In this document: one piece after another, positions 18,437 to 28,967 of the stretch
Layout of the letters: each line of letters begins with the position of its first letter
How positions within the stretch are numbered: the stretch's first letter is position 1
From: an uncultured cyanobacterium
GTDB lineage: Bacteria; Cyanobacteriota; Cyanobacteriia; PCC-9006; JAAUQQ01
NCBI GenBank assembly: GCA_963718615.1
Contig: OY970368.1
Location: forward strand, 5,664,001-5,728,000
Length of the DNA: 64,000 nucleotides
Direction: 5' to 3'
Notes under the pieces: generated by a model
What the model was told of the DNA's origin: nothing
The model's input: only the letters and a program-made list of their open reading frames with translations
Databases searched by the model: none
Position numbers and translations under genes: made by a program

Positions 18437-18880
18437 GGTAGATCCGACTGAAACAGATGGAAGAAAACTAAAATCCTGAACTCAGATGTAACCCCAAAGA
18501 GGGAGATATCAAGACTGTGAAACCCAACAGAACTCGCAGAATTTTGAGCTGTTTTACTCGCATATGCTTATACACACAATGCACAGCAAGACAATGATTT
18601 GCGTGTCACAAAGCGGTGGCAATTTGGAAGAAAACTAAAGACGCAGGACCGTTAAGGTGCTCATATCGTTTGCTTCCAAAGAGACACGGTCTGCTATTCG
18701 CGAATGTATCCCAATTTCCGTTGCTCTTTTATTGGTGATTACCTGTCGTCAATTATCAATTTTTACTGTCAATGCTTACTGCCAATCTTTAACAGGGGAA
18801 TCAACTCTAACGCGCTAAGTCGATGGTCACACTAGGATACTTAGATTATCAAAAAACAATCGCATTCTCGGTATAGACCG

Positions 18881-19084
18881 TCACATTTCTTCTAGTTGTT
18901 TTCCTAAGCGTTTCGCCGCCGCTCGTCGTCGCCGACAGCGTACCGAGCAGTATTTGACCTCGTCCCAGCAGTCCGCCCATTGTTTACGCCACTCAAACGG
19001 GCGATCGCACACCAAGCAGACTTTGGATGGCAGATTCGACTTCGTGAACTTTGGCGCTTGGGTTTGTTGCTTTTTCCGGGCCAT
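18881..19084 (-). CDS. DUF2256 domain protein
   Basis: [35 protein letters not shown]. Confidence 0.9.
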   Translation of the reverse strand: MARKKQQTQAPKFTKSNLPSKVCLVCDRPFEWRKQWADCWDEVKYCSVRCRRRRAAAKRLGKQLEEM

Positions 19085-19210
19085 GATGCCTTTTAGTCAT
19101 TGCGAGTCAGTCAATGCGAGCTCAACCTGCATCTACTGTAATTTAGACAACGAGCGTCCTCGATCTACCATAGGAGATAATAAAAGCCGTCCACCGCGTC
19201 CTCCTCCGTC

Positions 19211-19993
19211 ATGTTGTCAAACGTCAAATCGTTTTTCGCGAAACTTCGGACCTTGGTACTCTGGGGCTGTTTGGTCCTACTGCTCTCTGGCTGCGTCAAG
19301 TATGATGTCGGGGTTACGTTTGACAGCCAGCATTCCGGTGAGATTGTGCAGACTGTGCGATTGGGCGATCGCCTCTCCGCCCTCAACGATGCCAGCGCCC
19401 AGCAGTGGGTTGACCGCCTCGAAGCGCGGGCCAGAAAACTCAAGGGGAATGCCAAGCGCCTTTCCCAACAGGAGCTCCAGGTCACGATCCCCTTCACGAC
19501 AGGCAAGGACTTCGAGCAAAAATTCAATCAGTTTTTCCGGGGCATGGGCAAGCAGGCCCAAGCCATGCCCGATGTGAATGCGGCGATTCAGCTCAAGCAA
19601 GCCAACTTCCTCTTGGCGGTGCGCAACCATCTGCGCCTTGATGTTGATCTGCGATCCCTAGGCATCATTTCCGATGACGAGGCCGTGGTGGTCAATCCGG
19701 GATCCCTGCTCGATTTGGAATTTCGACTCAATGGCGTGGCTCCCTCGGCAGCAGCCCCAGGATCCCAGGGTGTGGTTGGTCAGCCAGTGCCCGGTGGCAT
19801 GGTTTGGCGGCTTCAGCCCGGTCAGGTCAATCACATTGAAACGACGTTTTGGATGGTGAGCGGGCTCGGGATTAGTACCGTCTTGCTGATGGGGGCGATC
19901 GCCACCGCCCTTTACTACAAACAAACCCAAAAGCCATCCCGCTCTAGCCCCGTTCCCAACCTCGCTTCCCCCCGCCAGTCATCCCAACCCTAA
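19211..19993 (+). CDS. DUF3153-like lipoprotein
   Basis: LLSGCVKYDVGV lipobox; DLRSLG; WRLQPGQVNHIE; C-terminal TM. Confidence 0.8.
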   Translation: MLSNVKSFFAKLRTLVLWGCLVLLLSGCVKYDVGVTFDSQHSGEIVQTVRLGDRLSALNDASAQQWVDRLEARARKLKGNAKRLSQQELQVTIPFTTGKDFEQKFNQFFRGMGKQAQAMPDVNAAIQLKQANFLLAVRNHLRLDVDLRSLGIISDDEAVVVNPGSLLDLEFRLNGVAPSAAAPGSQGVVGQPVPGGMVWRLQPGQVNHIETTFWMVSGLGISTVLLMGAIATALYYKQTQKPSRSSPVPNLASPRQSSQP

Positions 19994-20014
19994 GGAACCT
20001 TTGTCTGGCCCTGC

Positions 20015-20821
20015 ATGAGTCTTTCTCAGCCTCCTTCAAAACCCCCGCGTAAATCGACGGCTTCCTGGGGACAATCCCAGCTTCCGCGTCCCCTCACCGC
20101 TCTGTTGCTCATGGGTCAGGTGCTGTTACGGCTCTTGCAAGGCCGCTTTCACCGCCGCAACTTGATGGAACATCTCGCCATGGTGGGACCGGGTTCGCTC
20201 AAGGCGGTTCTGCTGGTCAGTCTGTTTTCCGGCATGATCTTTACAGTCCAGACCGCTCGGGAGCTGACTCGCTATGGTGCATTGGAAGCCCTCGGTGGCG
20301 CATTTGCCCTGGCGTTTTGTCGAGAACTGGCTCCAGTCCTCACCGCTGGGGTGGTGGCGGGGCAGGTGGGCTCTGCCTTTGCGGCGGAGTTGGGCACCAT
20401 GCGCGTCACGGAGCAGATTGATGCCCTACAGATGATGCGGACGGATCCCGTGGACTATTTAGTAACCCCTCGGGTCGTGGCCACGGTGCTAATGTTGCCG
20501 ATTTTGACGGTGTTTGCGATCGTGATCGGGATTGGGGGGGGAGCGGCGATCGCCCTGCATTTCTACGAACAGCCCCCCGACATCTTCTTAAACTCGGTCC
20601 GCAACTTCCTCACCTTGCAAGACCTCGCCGCCGTCCTGATCAAGGCCATGCTCTTTGCCTTGATCATTGCCAGCCTCGGCTGTAGCTGGGGCCTCACCAC
20701 CACCGGCGGAGCCAAGGGCGTAGGCCAATCCGCCACCGCCGCCGTCGTCACCATTTGGATTGGGATTTTCATGGCAGACTTTCTGATGTCTCTGCTGTTG
20801 TTTGGCACCGTTGCCGTCTAG
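20015..20821 (+). CDS. mlaE: MlaE family lipid ABC transporter permease
   Basis: RELAPVLTA, GSAFAAELGTMRVTEQIDAL, GGAKGVGQSATAAVV. Confidence 0.92.
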   Translation: MSLSQPPSKPPRKSTASWGQSQLPRPLTALLLMGQVLLRLLQGRFHRRNLMEHLAMVGPGSLKAVLLVSLFSGMIFTVQTARELTRYGALEALGGAFALAFCRELAPVLTAGVVAGQVGSAFAAELGTMRVTEQIDALQMMRTDPVDYLVTPRVVATVLMLPILTVFAIVIGIGGGAAIALHFYEQPPDIFLNSVRNFLTLQDLAAVLIKAMLFALIIASLGCSWGLTTTGGAKGVGQSATAAVVTIWIGIFMADFLMSLLLFGTVAV

Positions 20822-21093
20822 TGCTGCTACGAAGAGCCCATCAAGGTCTGGGGCAAACCGAGGTAAAAAGCCGAGATTGGAACCCAGAAATGGGCATCCT
20901 GAGGATAATGGAGCTATCCGGTGTTTGGCTGAATTTGCTCCGTGAGCTGTGCCGTAGACGTCTATACTTTGGTGGCGTTCCAAAGCATCTTGAGACTGAG
21001 GTTAACCCCGCTTGGGGCACAGCTATTTGACATCCTTAGCATGGGGAGCGTAGCATTGCCGCCAATTCCCTTCCCCAACGTTCAGAGCACGAC

Positions 21094-21465
21094 ATGGCCA
21101 TCGATACTCAGAAGCTGAGCAGCGTTCTTCAAAACTTCGTCACCTCCACCCACGATATCCAGGGAGCCGCCCTCGTCACGCCAGACGGCTTGCCCTTGGC
21201 CTCTACCCTCCCTGCGGGCATGGATGAGGAACGAGTTGCTGCCATGTCAGCCGCGATGTTATCCCTGGCAGAACGCATCGGTATGGAGCTTTCTCGGGGT
21301 CAAATTGATCGCATCTACGTCGAAGGAGATCAAGGTTACGGGGTGCTGACCAGTTGTGGAGAAGACGCGGTATTTCTGGTCCTGGCCAGTCAGGCCGCAA
21401 AACAGGGACTGCTCATGCTTGAAATCAAGCGAGCTGTGGCGGAACTCAAGCTGGCGCTGATGTAG
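21094..21465 (+). CDS. Roadblock/LC7 domain protein (MglB-like)
   Basis: GAALVTPDGLPLAS, ERVAAMSAAMLSL. Confidence 0.92.
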   Translation: MAIDTQKLSSVLQNFVTSTHDIQGAALVTPDGLPLASTLPAGMDEERVAAMSAAMLSLAERIGMELSRGQIDRIYVEGDQGYGVLTSCGEDAVFLVLASQAAKQGLLMLEIKRAVAELKLALM

Positions 21466-21506
21466 GGCAGCACGGCGATTAATGGAACGAGGGAATAGGG
21501 CTTTTC

Positions 21507-22046
21507 ATGGAAATTATGCGTCTGGTGGTGACCGGAACCGTGGGGGCTGGGAAAACCACCTTCATTCGAACCATCAGTGAAATTGAGGTGGTGGACACGG
21601 ATCGAACGGCAACAGATGATACCGCGTTGATGAAGCGTACGACGACGGTGGCGTTTGATTTTGGGCGACTACAATTTGCACCAGATATGGCGCTGCATCT
21701 CTATGGAACCCCAGGGCAATCGCGCTTTGACTTTATGTGGGATATCTTGATTCGCAAGGCCCATGCCTACATTTTGCTGGTAGCGGCCCATCGTCCCCAG
21801 GATTTTCGCTATGCGCGGCGAATTCTTAGCTTTATGCGCCAGCGTGCCCAGATTCCGATGATTATTGGCATGACCCATGTGGACTGTGAGGGAGCCTGGG
21901 CTCCGGAGAATGTGGCCTTAGCGCTGGGGTATCTAGATTCCGAGCATCAGCCGCCGATTGTGATTATTAATGCCAATGAAAAGGGTTCCGTGGCCCAGGC
22001 GATCATCGCGCTGGTCCAGCATTTGATGCAGGGTTGCTTGGTTTAA
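21507..22046 (+). CDS. Small GTPase (MglA/ATP_bind_1 family)
   Basis: GTVGAGKTT, TTTVAFDFG, LYGTPGQSRFDFMW. Confidence 0.92.
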   Translation: MEIMRLVVTGTVGAGKTTFIRTISEIEVVDTDRTATDDTALMKRTTTVAFDFGRLQFAPDMALHLYGTPGQSRFDFMWDILIRKAHAYILLVAAHRPQDFRYARRILSFMRQRAQIPMIIGMTHVDCEGAWAPENVALALGYLDSEHQPPIVIINANEKGSVAQAIIALVQHLMQGCLV

Positions 22047-22217
22047 GACGGTCTAAGGACGGTTTAGTGCGGTGGCAATGGGGCGATCGCCATCTAGCAA
22101 ATTAGGTTCTCTCCCCCGACATTTTCTAGCTCCCCACGCTACCGCCTGCCGAGGTGGGTTTGCTATCTTGGCCTTGGGAACTTCGGCGATCGCCCAAGCC
22201 CGCAACAGGACTCTAGC

Positions 22218-23087
22218 TTGAAGTCGAGGATTGACATGGCTATTACAGGGCAGTTAGCGGAATTCTCGCTACCTGAACTCTTCCAGTTCCTAGAGCAGGG
22301 TAAGAAGACAGGACGCCTTGCCATCGAAACATCAATGGATCCCTCAGCGGATGCCTCGGCCAAACAGTTTTCGGCCAAACAGTTTTATGTCTGGTTTCGC
22401 CAGGGCCGTATTGTGGCGGCCTCTAGCCGTGCCGATGGCCATGGGCTGTTGCTGCTGATGCACCGCCAGGGCTGGCTCAAGGGAATCAGTAGCCAGGAGG
22501 CTAAGCAATTTCAAGCGCTGGTTGTCCCAATTGGCGTCTATCTCAAAATTCGCAACGTGCTCAGTCCCGAACAGCTCAAGCTGTTGTTTTACCACCAGGT
22601 GATGCGCCAGGTTTGCGCCCTATTTGAGCTGCGAGAAGGTCGGTTTGAGTTTGAGAGCAAAGCCGACATGCCCATGCAGGAAATGACCGGGCAAATGATG
22701 CAGCCCACGGAGGTGACCCTGGGTGCCCTGCGGGTGCTGAAGGATTGGCGGGCCTTGGCGGAGAAGCTACCCGAAGCGGAAGCCAGCCTAGAAAGCGTTC
22801 TAGAGGGACAGCCTCAACTGCGCCTTAACCGGGCAGAATGGCAGATCTGGGAATTCGCCAATGGCACCATTTCCCTGCGCAACATTGCTGAGCAACTGCG
22901 CATGCCCCTAGAGGAAGTGCGTCAGGTTGCCTTTCGGCTGATTGTCGTGGGCTTGGCGGAAGAAATTCCGGCCCTGGCTGGAGCGGGACAGCTGGGGGGA
23001 GAGCTGAGCAGAGCAGGCTCCGAAGCGGATGATTTGAGCCCAACGTTCCTCCAGAGCCTGGTGGAATTTCTGAAAGGGAATGCCTAA
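22218..23087 (+). CDS. DUF4388/PATAN domain protein
   Basis: ITGQLAEFSLPELFQFLEQGKKTGRL, WFRQGRIVAAS, GRFEF; likely start at ATG 22236. Confidence 0.88.
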   Translation: MKSRIDMAITGQLAEFSLPELFQFLEQGKKTGRLAIETSMDPSADASAKQFSAKQFYVWFRQGRIVAASSRADGHGLLLLMHRQGWLKGISSQEAKQFQALVVPIGVYLKIRNVLSPEQLKLLFYHQVMRQVCALFELREGRFEFESKADMPMQEMTGQMMQPTEVTLGALRVLKDWRALAEKLPEAEASLESVLEGQPQLRLNRAEWQIWEFANGTISLRNIAEQLRMPLEEVRQVAFRLIVVGLAEEIPALAGAGQLGGELSRAGSEADDLSPTFLQSLVEFLKGNA

Positions 23088-23108
23088 GGCGAAATCCCGA
23101 AGCCTTCT

Positions 23109-24152
23109 TTAAGGGTTCTTTTTCTTTTTGGGCTGCTTTGATTTGAGGCGATTTTGCAAGGGTTTGACACGACGGCCTTTGAAGGGGGCGATCGCCTCCG
23201 TTGCAGCCTGCACCACATCCATATCAGCATCCCGCAACCCCTGCCGCAAAAAGGGCAAAGCTTTAACTGAGCGCAACTGGCCAAGCGCCTCGATCGCCTG
23301 ACGACGCACTGCCGGGTCAGGATCTCGAGCAAATTGCCCCAAGGGCTTGAGCAGCCTGCGGGTCTCTAGGGGCGAACTGTTGCGCGCAGCATCTTTCATC
23401 GCTAAGACGCTATTGAGCCGCGTGGCAGCGCTGAATTCGGCAGGAGAGGGGACGAGGCGATCGTCCGGTGCAATCGGCGCAGCAGCGATGGGTGTTTCTG
23501 GCTCACTGGGATTGATGAATTCCGGTTCGATCTCATGATCGATATTTTCGGGTTCGGGTAGTTCGGGTTCTGCTAATTCAGCCCCTACCAGTTCCGGTTC
23601 TACCAGTTCCGGTTCTACCAGTTCTGGTTCGGGTAGTTCTTCTGCTTCCGCATCCTCCTCAACTGCCTTTGGAGTCGTTTGACCAGACTCCCCAGGCGGC
23701 CCAGCCGCTTCCCCAGCCGCTTCAGCCTCTCCCCAAGGATCCGCCACATAGCCCACGGGCGGCGCTACTGGGATCGGTTCTGGGGGTGGCGCTGTCACGA
23801 TTGCTTCCGTCAGTGGAATCGCCGCCGCTGGGGCCCCCGAGCGCTGGGAGGCTGACGCATCTTTCGCCAAAGAAATTTTCGCCTTTGCCTCGGCCAACTG
23901 ACTCTTCAAATCCCCAATTTCGGTCACCGAAGCAGACCGCTGGTTTTTGAGATGGGCTAAATCTGCAGTGAGTTTAGACTGCTGACGCTGAATTTCATCC
24001 TGCACCCGATTTTGAAACGCTTGTTCCATATCAGCCAGTTGACGTTCTAACCCATCTGCCCGCCGAGCTTCCTCCTTGAGGCGATTCATCAAGCCCCAGT
24101 AGGCTCCACCCGCCCCCAAAAGAACACCAAGAAGAATGCCAACGAACAACAT
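23109..24152 (-). CDS. Membrane-anchored coiled-coil protein with acidic linker and C-terminal HEAT repeats
   Basis: N-terminal TM, coiled coil, ELVEP repeats, DPDPAVRRQAIEALG / LRQGLRDADMDVVQAA. Confidence 0.8.
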   Translation of the reverse strand: MLFVGILLGVLLGAGGAYWGLMNRLKEEARRADGLERQLADMEQAFQNRVQDEIQRQQSKLTADLAHLKNQRSASVTEIGDLKSQLAEAKAKISLAKDASASQRSGAPAAAIPLTEAIVTAPPPEPIPVAPPVGYVADPWGEAEAAGEAAGPPGESGQTTPKAVEEDAEAEELPEPELVEPELVEPELVGAELAEPELPEPENIDHEIEPEFINPSEPETPIAAAPIAPDDRLVPSPAEFSAATRLNSVLAMKDAARNSSPLETRRLLKPLGQFARDPDPAVRRQAIEALGQLRSVKALPFLRQGLRDADMDVVQAATEAIAPFKGRRVKPLQNRLKSKQPKKKKNP

Positions 24153-24333
24153 GAATGAACTCCTGCAAGCTGAAGGGCCGGATATTGCTGATCCTAGCAA
24201 TGGCTGTGTAATTTGTTGCCGCAGACCAGCCGAAAAAGAAACCCCGCAGCATAGACGCTACAGGGTTTAGATAAAAAGCAATAGATATGACCCCCAAGGG
24301 AAAGGTCATGGCCTGCTTAGAACGGATGGATGA

Positions 24334-24819
24334 CTAGGAGGACCAGACACCACTGGCGAGGCTCTGCAAAGGAGCCAAATGAGGCGTTTGACAGAGGAAG
24401 TAAGCAAAGAATGCACCACCGCAAGCGCCTAGTAGGAAGCCACTTGCAAATTCACTCCAGCCTTCGCGATCCAACGCAGGAGGTTCCGGCGTCGTCACGG
24501 TTGCCGTGGGCTTCGCATCGGTAACCGCTGCATAGAGCGACAGCGCAACGGTCAGAATCATGACAAAGCCAATCGTGGAGAGCAACCCAGCGGTTGCCGC
24601 CACATCCGAAGCCCGCAGGGGACCCAGGAGTGCCAACGGACCATAGAGGAAATAGCCATGGGCCATTCCGACTTCAAGACCGCGACGGTTGGGCGATAAG
24701 CCCTTCCGGTAGGCAGGCAAGTTTCTGATGAAAGCTTTTGAAAAACCGGATGAATTAAGGGGGGTTGCTAGATTTCCAACCTGTGGATCTCCAGCATGTG
24801 TCACTGCATCGTATGACAT
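24334..24819 (-). CDS. psaL: Photosystem I subunit XI
   Basis: DPQVGNLATP, NLPAYRKGLS..RRGLEVGMAHGYFLYGP..LGPLR, GWSEFASGF. Confidence 0.96.
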   Translation of the reverse strand: MSYDAVTHAGDPQVGNLATPLNSSGFSKAFIRNLPAYRKGLSPNRRGLEVGMAHGYFLYGPLALLGPLRASDVAATAGLLSTIGFVMILTVALSLYAAVTDAKPTATVTTPEPPALDREGWSEFASGFLLGACGGAFFAYFLCQTPHLAPLQSLASGVWSS

Positions 24820-25004
24820 GCGCTAATGACCTCTTGTCAAATTTTAAGAAAAACCCTAAATGCTAGGTTAGGGGAACGTGATTTGTTTATTCATGCATTG
24901 TTAAGAATCTTTATACCCTTGGGTTTCGCGAGGTCTTCGCAGTAGGATTTTGTGTAATCGGCTTTTAAATCGGCTTTGTCGTTTTATAGGAAAACTGGAA
25001 AATT

Positions 25005-25106
25005 ATGACCGCATCCTTCCTACCCGCAATTTTCGTACCCCTGACTGCGATCTCCGCTTTCGTTGCCATGGGTCTGTTCTTCCTCTATGTCGAAGTTGAC
25101 GCCTAA
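25005..25106 (+). CDS. psaI: Photosystem I subunit VIII (33 aa; not in ORF track)
   Basis: Translated by hand: MTASFLPAIFVPLTAISAFVAMGLFFLYVEVDA*; divergent from psaL. Confidence 0.9.
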   Translation: MTASFLPAIFVPLTAISAFVAMGLFFLYVEVDA

Positions 25107-25176
25107 GGGTTGAGACGGCTCGTCTCTCTTAGACTGCATCAAAATCAGTTTTTGATTCCAAATTTTTGTTAATGCG

Positions 25177-25230
25177 AAGAGTTTAGGACAAGACGATTCG
25201 ATTCGAAGTCATTGTTCTAAACTCTTTTTT
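25177..25230 (+). terminator. Probable intrinsic terminator after psaI
   Basis: AAGAGTTTAGGACAA...TTGTTCTAAACTCTT stem followed by a T run. Confidence 0.7.
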
Positions 25231-25243
25231 ATCTGTTGGTTCG

Positions 25244-25633
25244 ATGGGTAAATCAAAGCAAGGCAAGGGCAAAGCCCAAGCGAATCAAGGCAATCCTGCG
25301 CCTAAGGCTTCTGGGAGCGATCGCACGGTCTACCGAGAATTTGGTAGCTCAAATGCTGCCTTCGAGCGGCCCACCCAGGAGCTCAAGCCCCAGGAGCATG
25401 ACCTCCGGGTTCAGCTTTCTCGCAAGGGACGCGGCGGCAAAACAGTCACCCTGGTTACGGGATTCCAGCTCAAACCCGAGACCTTGAAAACGCTACTCAA
25501 AACCCTTAAGGCCCAATGTGGTACTGGCGGCACTGCCAAAGAAAACACCCTGGAAATCCAGGGTGACCATCGAGAGAAATTGTTACAGGCGCTTATTGGG
25601 CTGGGGTATCGTGCCAAGCTGAGTGGCGGTTAA
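25244..25633 (+). CDS. yciH: Translation initiation factor SUI1/YciH
   Basis: RKGRGGKTVTLV, LKAQCGTGGT, LEIQGDHR, AKLSGG. Confidence 0.92.
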   Translation: MGKSKQGKGKAQANQGNPAPKASGSDRTVYREFGSSNAAFERPTQELKPQEHDLRVQLSRKGRGGKTVTLVTGFQLKPETLKTLLKTLKAQCGTGGTAKENTLEIQGDHREKLLQALIGLGYRAKLSGG

Positions 25634-27362
25634 CTTGTTTCATCCAGTCACGACCGAGCAGGACCGTGATATCGGAGTTGATATCGCCTAGGCTATCAAC
25701 TATGACCTCACCCAATCCTAGGCTGCGCTGGACTTCCTTCGCCGCTTCTAGATCACCCCGACGGGCCACAATTCGCGTCACCGGCAGCGTTTCTGACCAA
25801 TCCTCCTGAGCAAAGACATAGCCATATCCGGCTTGAGTAAGCTGATCCAAGGCTCCATTGAGCGCAAGTTCTTCCCCAGTGCTGTTCTGAACAGCAATGC
25901 GGAGGGTGGGGTTAGTCTTTGCTTCGGCGTGGTTAGCCCCGAGGACCTGGGCTCCACTGAGATTGCCATTGAGGTTGTCATTGAGGTGGCCATAGAGTCC
26001 TAGGGTCCGACCGGTACGGTTGGTCTCTGGATTGGCGGTATAGGTTGCCCCGCTGGACTCGCTGCCATATTCACCCTCTAGACGTTCTGCTGGATCCCCA
26101 TTGCCCAATTCGTCCAATTGCCCCCATGCGCCAGGGTCGGATGGTCGTGCCAGACCTTGAACATCAAAATATTGAGACACCATCGGGTCTAGCTGCTCAT
26201 AGTTAGGTAGCCAGTAACTGGCGCGATACTGCTCTGGGTCACTAAACGACCCTGGCACCATCAGCATTTGCACATCGCTGCGCTGGCTGCGTCCGGCAAA
26301 GTTGACTAGGGCAAAGAGTTCTTCAACGGAGAGATTGGTGTCGAGGTGCGATCGCACAATATTCAAAACCTTCGGCAGCTTGGTCATCGCCGCTGGCGTT
26401 AGGGCCTGCTCAATAAAAGCCCGCATCAGCATCTGCTGTCGCTGGACCCGGCCAATATCTCCCCGGTCATCGTAGCGGAAGCGCAAAAACTGCAGCACCT
26501 GGTCACCATTGAGACGCTGCTTGCCCTCTTTAAGGTTGATATACAGGTGTTGGCTATCGTCTTGGTACTTCATATCCTTGGGGACATAGATTTCGACCCC
26601 GCCCATAGCGTCAATCATCTTTTCGATCGCTTGGACATTGACTCGAATATAGCGATCGATCCCCACCCCATTGAGCAAATCACTCACAGACTGGGCCGCT
26701 AGGGCAGGACCCCCCTCCGCATTGGCTTCATTAATCTTGACCTGGCCCAAACCGGGCACATTCGTCAATGTATCGCGCGGGATCGACAACAGCGTTAGCT
26801 TTTGCCGTTTGGGATCAAAGCGAATCAGCAACATCGTATCGCTCAGCCCCTCAAAGGAATTGAGCAGAGCATGGTAGCCCAGAATTTCCGACTGAGCTGC
26901 TTCGGTGTCAACATCTGACGTTAACACCTTGGTCCCCAGCACTAAGATATTGACCGGACGATTGAGTTTCGGAAGACTTAGGTTGGTGCCGGAGGCGATC
27001 GAGCCATCCCCGTTGCGGTTGAAAATTGCGGCTTCTGCTGGGCTGAGCTTGCTTTGCAATAGAGGTGTACTCGATAGCGAGACCGCCAAGAGCGCCCCCG
27101 CCGTCGCGGAGACCATGGAGGCAGCCGTCAGCGATAGTGCAATGAGAGCCCAGGGAACCTTTTTCGGCTTGCGGCCTCCCCGCTGCGGTGGAACAGGACG
27201 GCCCCGCGAGGGCGGTGGAGACGCTTTCGCTATGGGGCGAGGGCTATGGCTAGAGCCAGCAGGACGAGGCACAGGTCGGGAAGGCCGCTGGCCCCGAACG
27301 GGCACGGCACCAGACGTTGGACGACGTCCAGCATTATTGGACGCAGGTACAGATTTCCTCAC
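25593..27362 (-). CDS. LCP (LytR-CpsA-Psr) family protein with LytR C-terminal domain
   Basis: NILVLG, SDTMLL, LSIPRDT, KINEA, LRFRYD..GDIGRVQRQQ. Confidence 0.92.
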   Translation of the reverse strand: MRKSVPASNNAGRRPTSGAVPVRGQRPSRPVPRPAGSSHSPRPIAKASPPPSRGRPVPPQRGGRKPKKVPWALIALSLTAASMVSATAGALLAVSLSSTPLLQSKLSPAEAAIFNRNGDGSIASGTNLSLPKLNRPVNILVLGTKVLTSDVDTEAAQSEILGYHALLNSFEGLSDTMLLIRFDPKRQKLTLLSIPRDTLTNVPGLGQVKINEANAEGGPALAAQSVSDLLNGVGIDRYIRVNVQAIEKMIDAMGGVEIYVPKDMKYQDDSQHLYINLKEGKQRLNGDQVLQFLRFRYDDRGDIGRVQRQQMLMRAFIEQALTPAAMTKLPKVLNIVRSHLDTNLSVEELFALVNFAGRSQRSDVQMLMVPGSFSDPEQYRASYWLPNYEQLDPMVSQYFDVQGLARPSDPGAWGQLDELGNGDPAERLEGEYGSESSGATYTANPETNRTGRTLGLYGHLNDNLNGNLSGAQVLGANHAEAKTNPTLRIAVQNSTGEELALNGALDQLTQAGYGYVFAQEDWSETLPVTRIVARRGDLEAAKEVQRSLGLGEVIVDSLGDINSDITVLLGRDWMKQVNRHSAWHDTPAQ

Positions 27363-27383
27363 ACCTTTTCTCTCGAACGAAAT

Positions 27384-27800
27384 TTAAGGCAATCGCTCCC
27401 CGATGGCGCTCATGCCGGGTAACCACAACCGCTTCCGTCGCCAGAGCTGCACCATCAGCCACAGACTCGTAAGGAAGTAGCTGGAGGTTAACATGCTACT
27501 GAAGACTAACGCCATGAGTGGCGGCGTTTCCGACAAAGAACTGCCTATCCCACAGAGCGACACTGTCAAAACCCACGCGAGGGCTAGCACAACCGCTAGG
27601 CGGCTGACTTGCTGTTCCCGTCGATCTTCTACCTTGCGGTATAAACTCAGCAAAGCAGGCACAAACCCGACCACTGGAATCAGGTACAAAAACAGGCGGA
27701 GCCGCCGGAGATCGTCACGTTCCAGATCATCTGAGGCTTGATCTGCTGCTGGGACAGAGGAATCCTCTGGGGAGATATTAGAGGATACATCAGGGGGCAT
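27384..27800 (-). CDS. Conserved hypothetical membrane protein
   Basis: Three TM segments; co-oriented with the LCP gene. Confidence 0.65.
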   Translation of the reverse strand: MPPDVSSNISPEDSSVPAADQASDDLERDDLRRLRLFLYLIPVVGFVPALLSLYRKVEDRREQQVSRLAVVLALAWVLTVSLCGIGSSLSETPPLMALVFSSMLTSSYFLTSLWLMVQLWRRKRLWLPGMSAIGERLP

Positions 27801-27944
27801 TTGAAGTTAAGCGCTGGTGTTGACCGTTGGCCTAGCTTATAAACTAAATCACCCCTCACTGTCGAGTTGCCTATTGGTTTATTCAACGTGGGGGAGTCTA
27901 ACCCCTAGCTTTTTTGAAGAATTTGATTCAGTAATTTTTGGCAA

Positions 27945-28967
27945 TTACCTTGTGCTTAGCAATACTTGATCTAGATTCAGTGGAGCGATAGACCGGCAGG
28001 GGGCGGACGAAGCAGACGACGCGGACAGTAGGTCCGTTGCTAAGCCTTCTGAGGAGGGGGATTCGAGGCCAATCCGAGTGCTATTGCGATAGTGCCGGAG
28101 CAGGGTCTTGACTTCTCTGTGCTGCCGAATTGTTTGCAGGAGACTATCGGAGCGAAACCGATGGAGAGCCCGCTGGGGATGAATCTCGAAGGCTCGTGCT
28201 AGAGCGGTTAGAGCCAAGGGCAGATCGTCTTGGAGCAGATAACAGCGGGCTAATCCCCACTCCGCATCAAAATTATCCAGACGGTAGTGTAAGGAGGCTT
28301 GGTAGCTGGCGATCGCCTCATCGTACCGCTCCAGCTTCTGCATCAGACCCCCCCGATAGTTCCAGGCGTAATAGCAGCTTTTTTTGACCGCAAGGGTGGT
28401 TTCGATGCTGGCGAGAGCCTCGGCGTACTGATGCCGTTCGGCTAGTGCTGTCGCCCGGTGGTACCAGGCTTGGTATTTTTCGGGTTTGAACTGGATTGCT
28501 TGGTCAAAACTCTCGATCGCTTCTCGATAGCGGTTGAGGGAAATCAGGACTTTGCCTCGGTTGTACCAAGCGCGATAATCCTTGGGTGCAAATCGCAGGG
28601 CTTGATCAAAACAATAGAGGGCGCTGGCAAATTCCTGGAGCTGCCCCAAAACAATCCCTCGACCCAACCAAGCGGGTGCATATTTCGGGCAGAGGGTAAT
28701 GGCCTCAGAGAAGCTGATGCCCGCTTCCGCATAACGGCCTAACTTTTCTAAGGTGTAGCCGCGATCGCTCCAGGCCACGTAATTTTTATCGTCATCCGCT
28801 AAAGAGCGGTCATAGCGGAGCAGAGCCCCTTCATGCATCCCCAAGCTGCTAAAGGTCTGACCACTACGGTGATGCGTCGTCGCTGCCGTACGGTCGTGAG
28901 AGGCGGCTGAGGAAGCCGTAAAGGAATCGGTGCCGGTGGTATTGAAGGATGAGTTCCGAAGATGCAC
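27945..28967 (-). CDS. TPR repeat protein
   Basis: Repeated AWxxRG..L..L.RY.EA..S(F/Y)..A motifs. Confidence 0.9.
   Translation of the reverse strand: MHLRNSSFNTTGTDSFTASSAASHDRTAATTHHRSGQTFSSLGMHEGALLRYDRSLADDDKNYVAWSDRGYTLEKLGRYAEAGISFSEAITLCPKYAPAWLGRGIVLGQLQEFASALYCFDQALRFAPKDYRAWYNRGKVLISLNRYREAIESFDQAIQFKPEKYQAWYHRATALAERHQYAEALASIETTLAVKKSCYYAWNYRGGLMQKLERYDEAIASYQASLHYRLDNFDAEWGLARCYLLQDDLPLALTALARAFEIHPQRALHRFRSDSLLQTIRQHREVKTLLRHYRNSTRIGLESPSSEGLATDLLSASSASSAPCRSIAPLNLDQVLLSTR

Noticed and set aside
18458-18640. 15-bp direct repeat TGGAAGAAAACTAAA upstream of the sulfotransferase
   Set aside because: Only two copies about 165 nt apart in AT-rich DNA; no structure or known motif to support a function
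20821-21094. Possible c-di-GMP-I riboswitch (GGGCAAACC) before the roadblock gene
   Set aside because: The GAAA-loop/GACGCAAA and second-stem elements are not present
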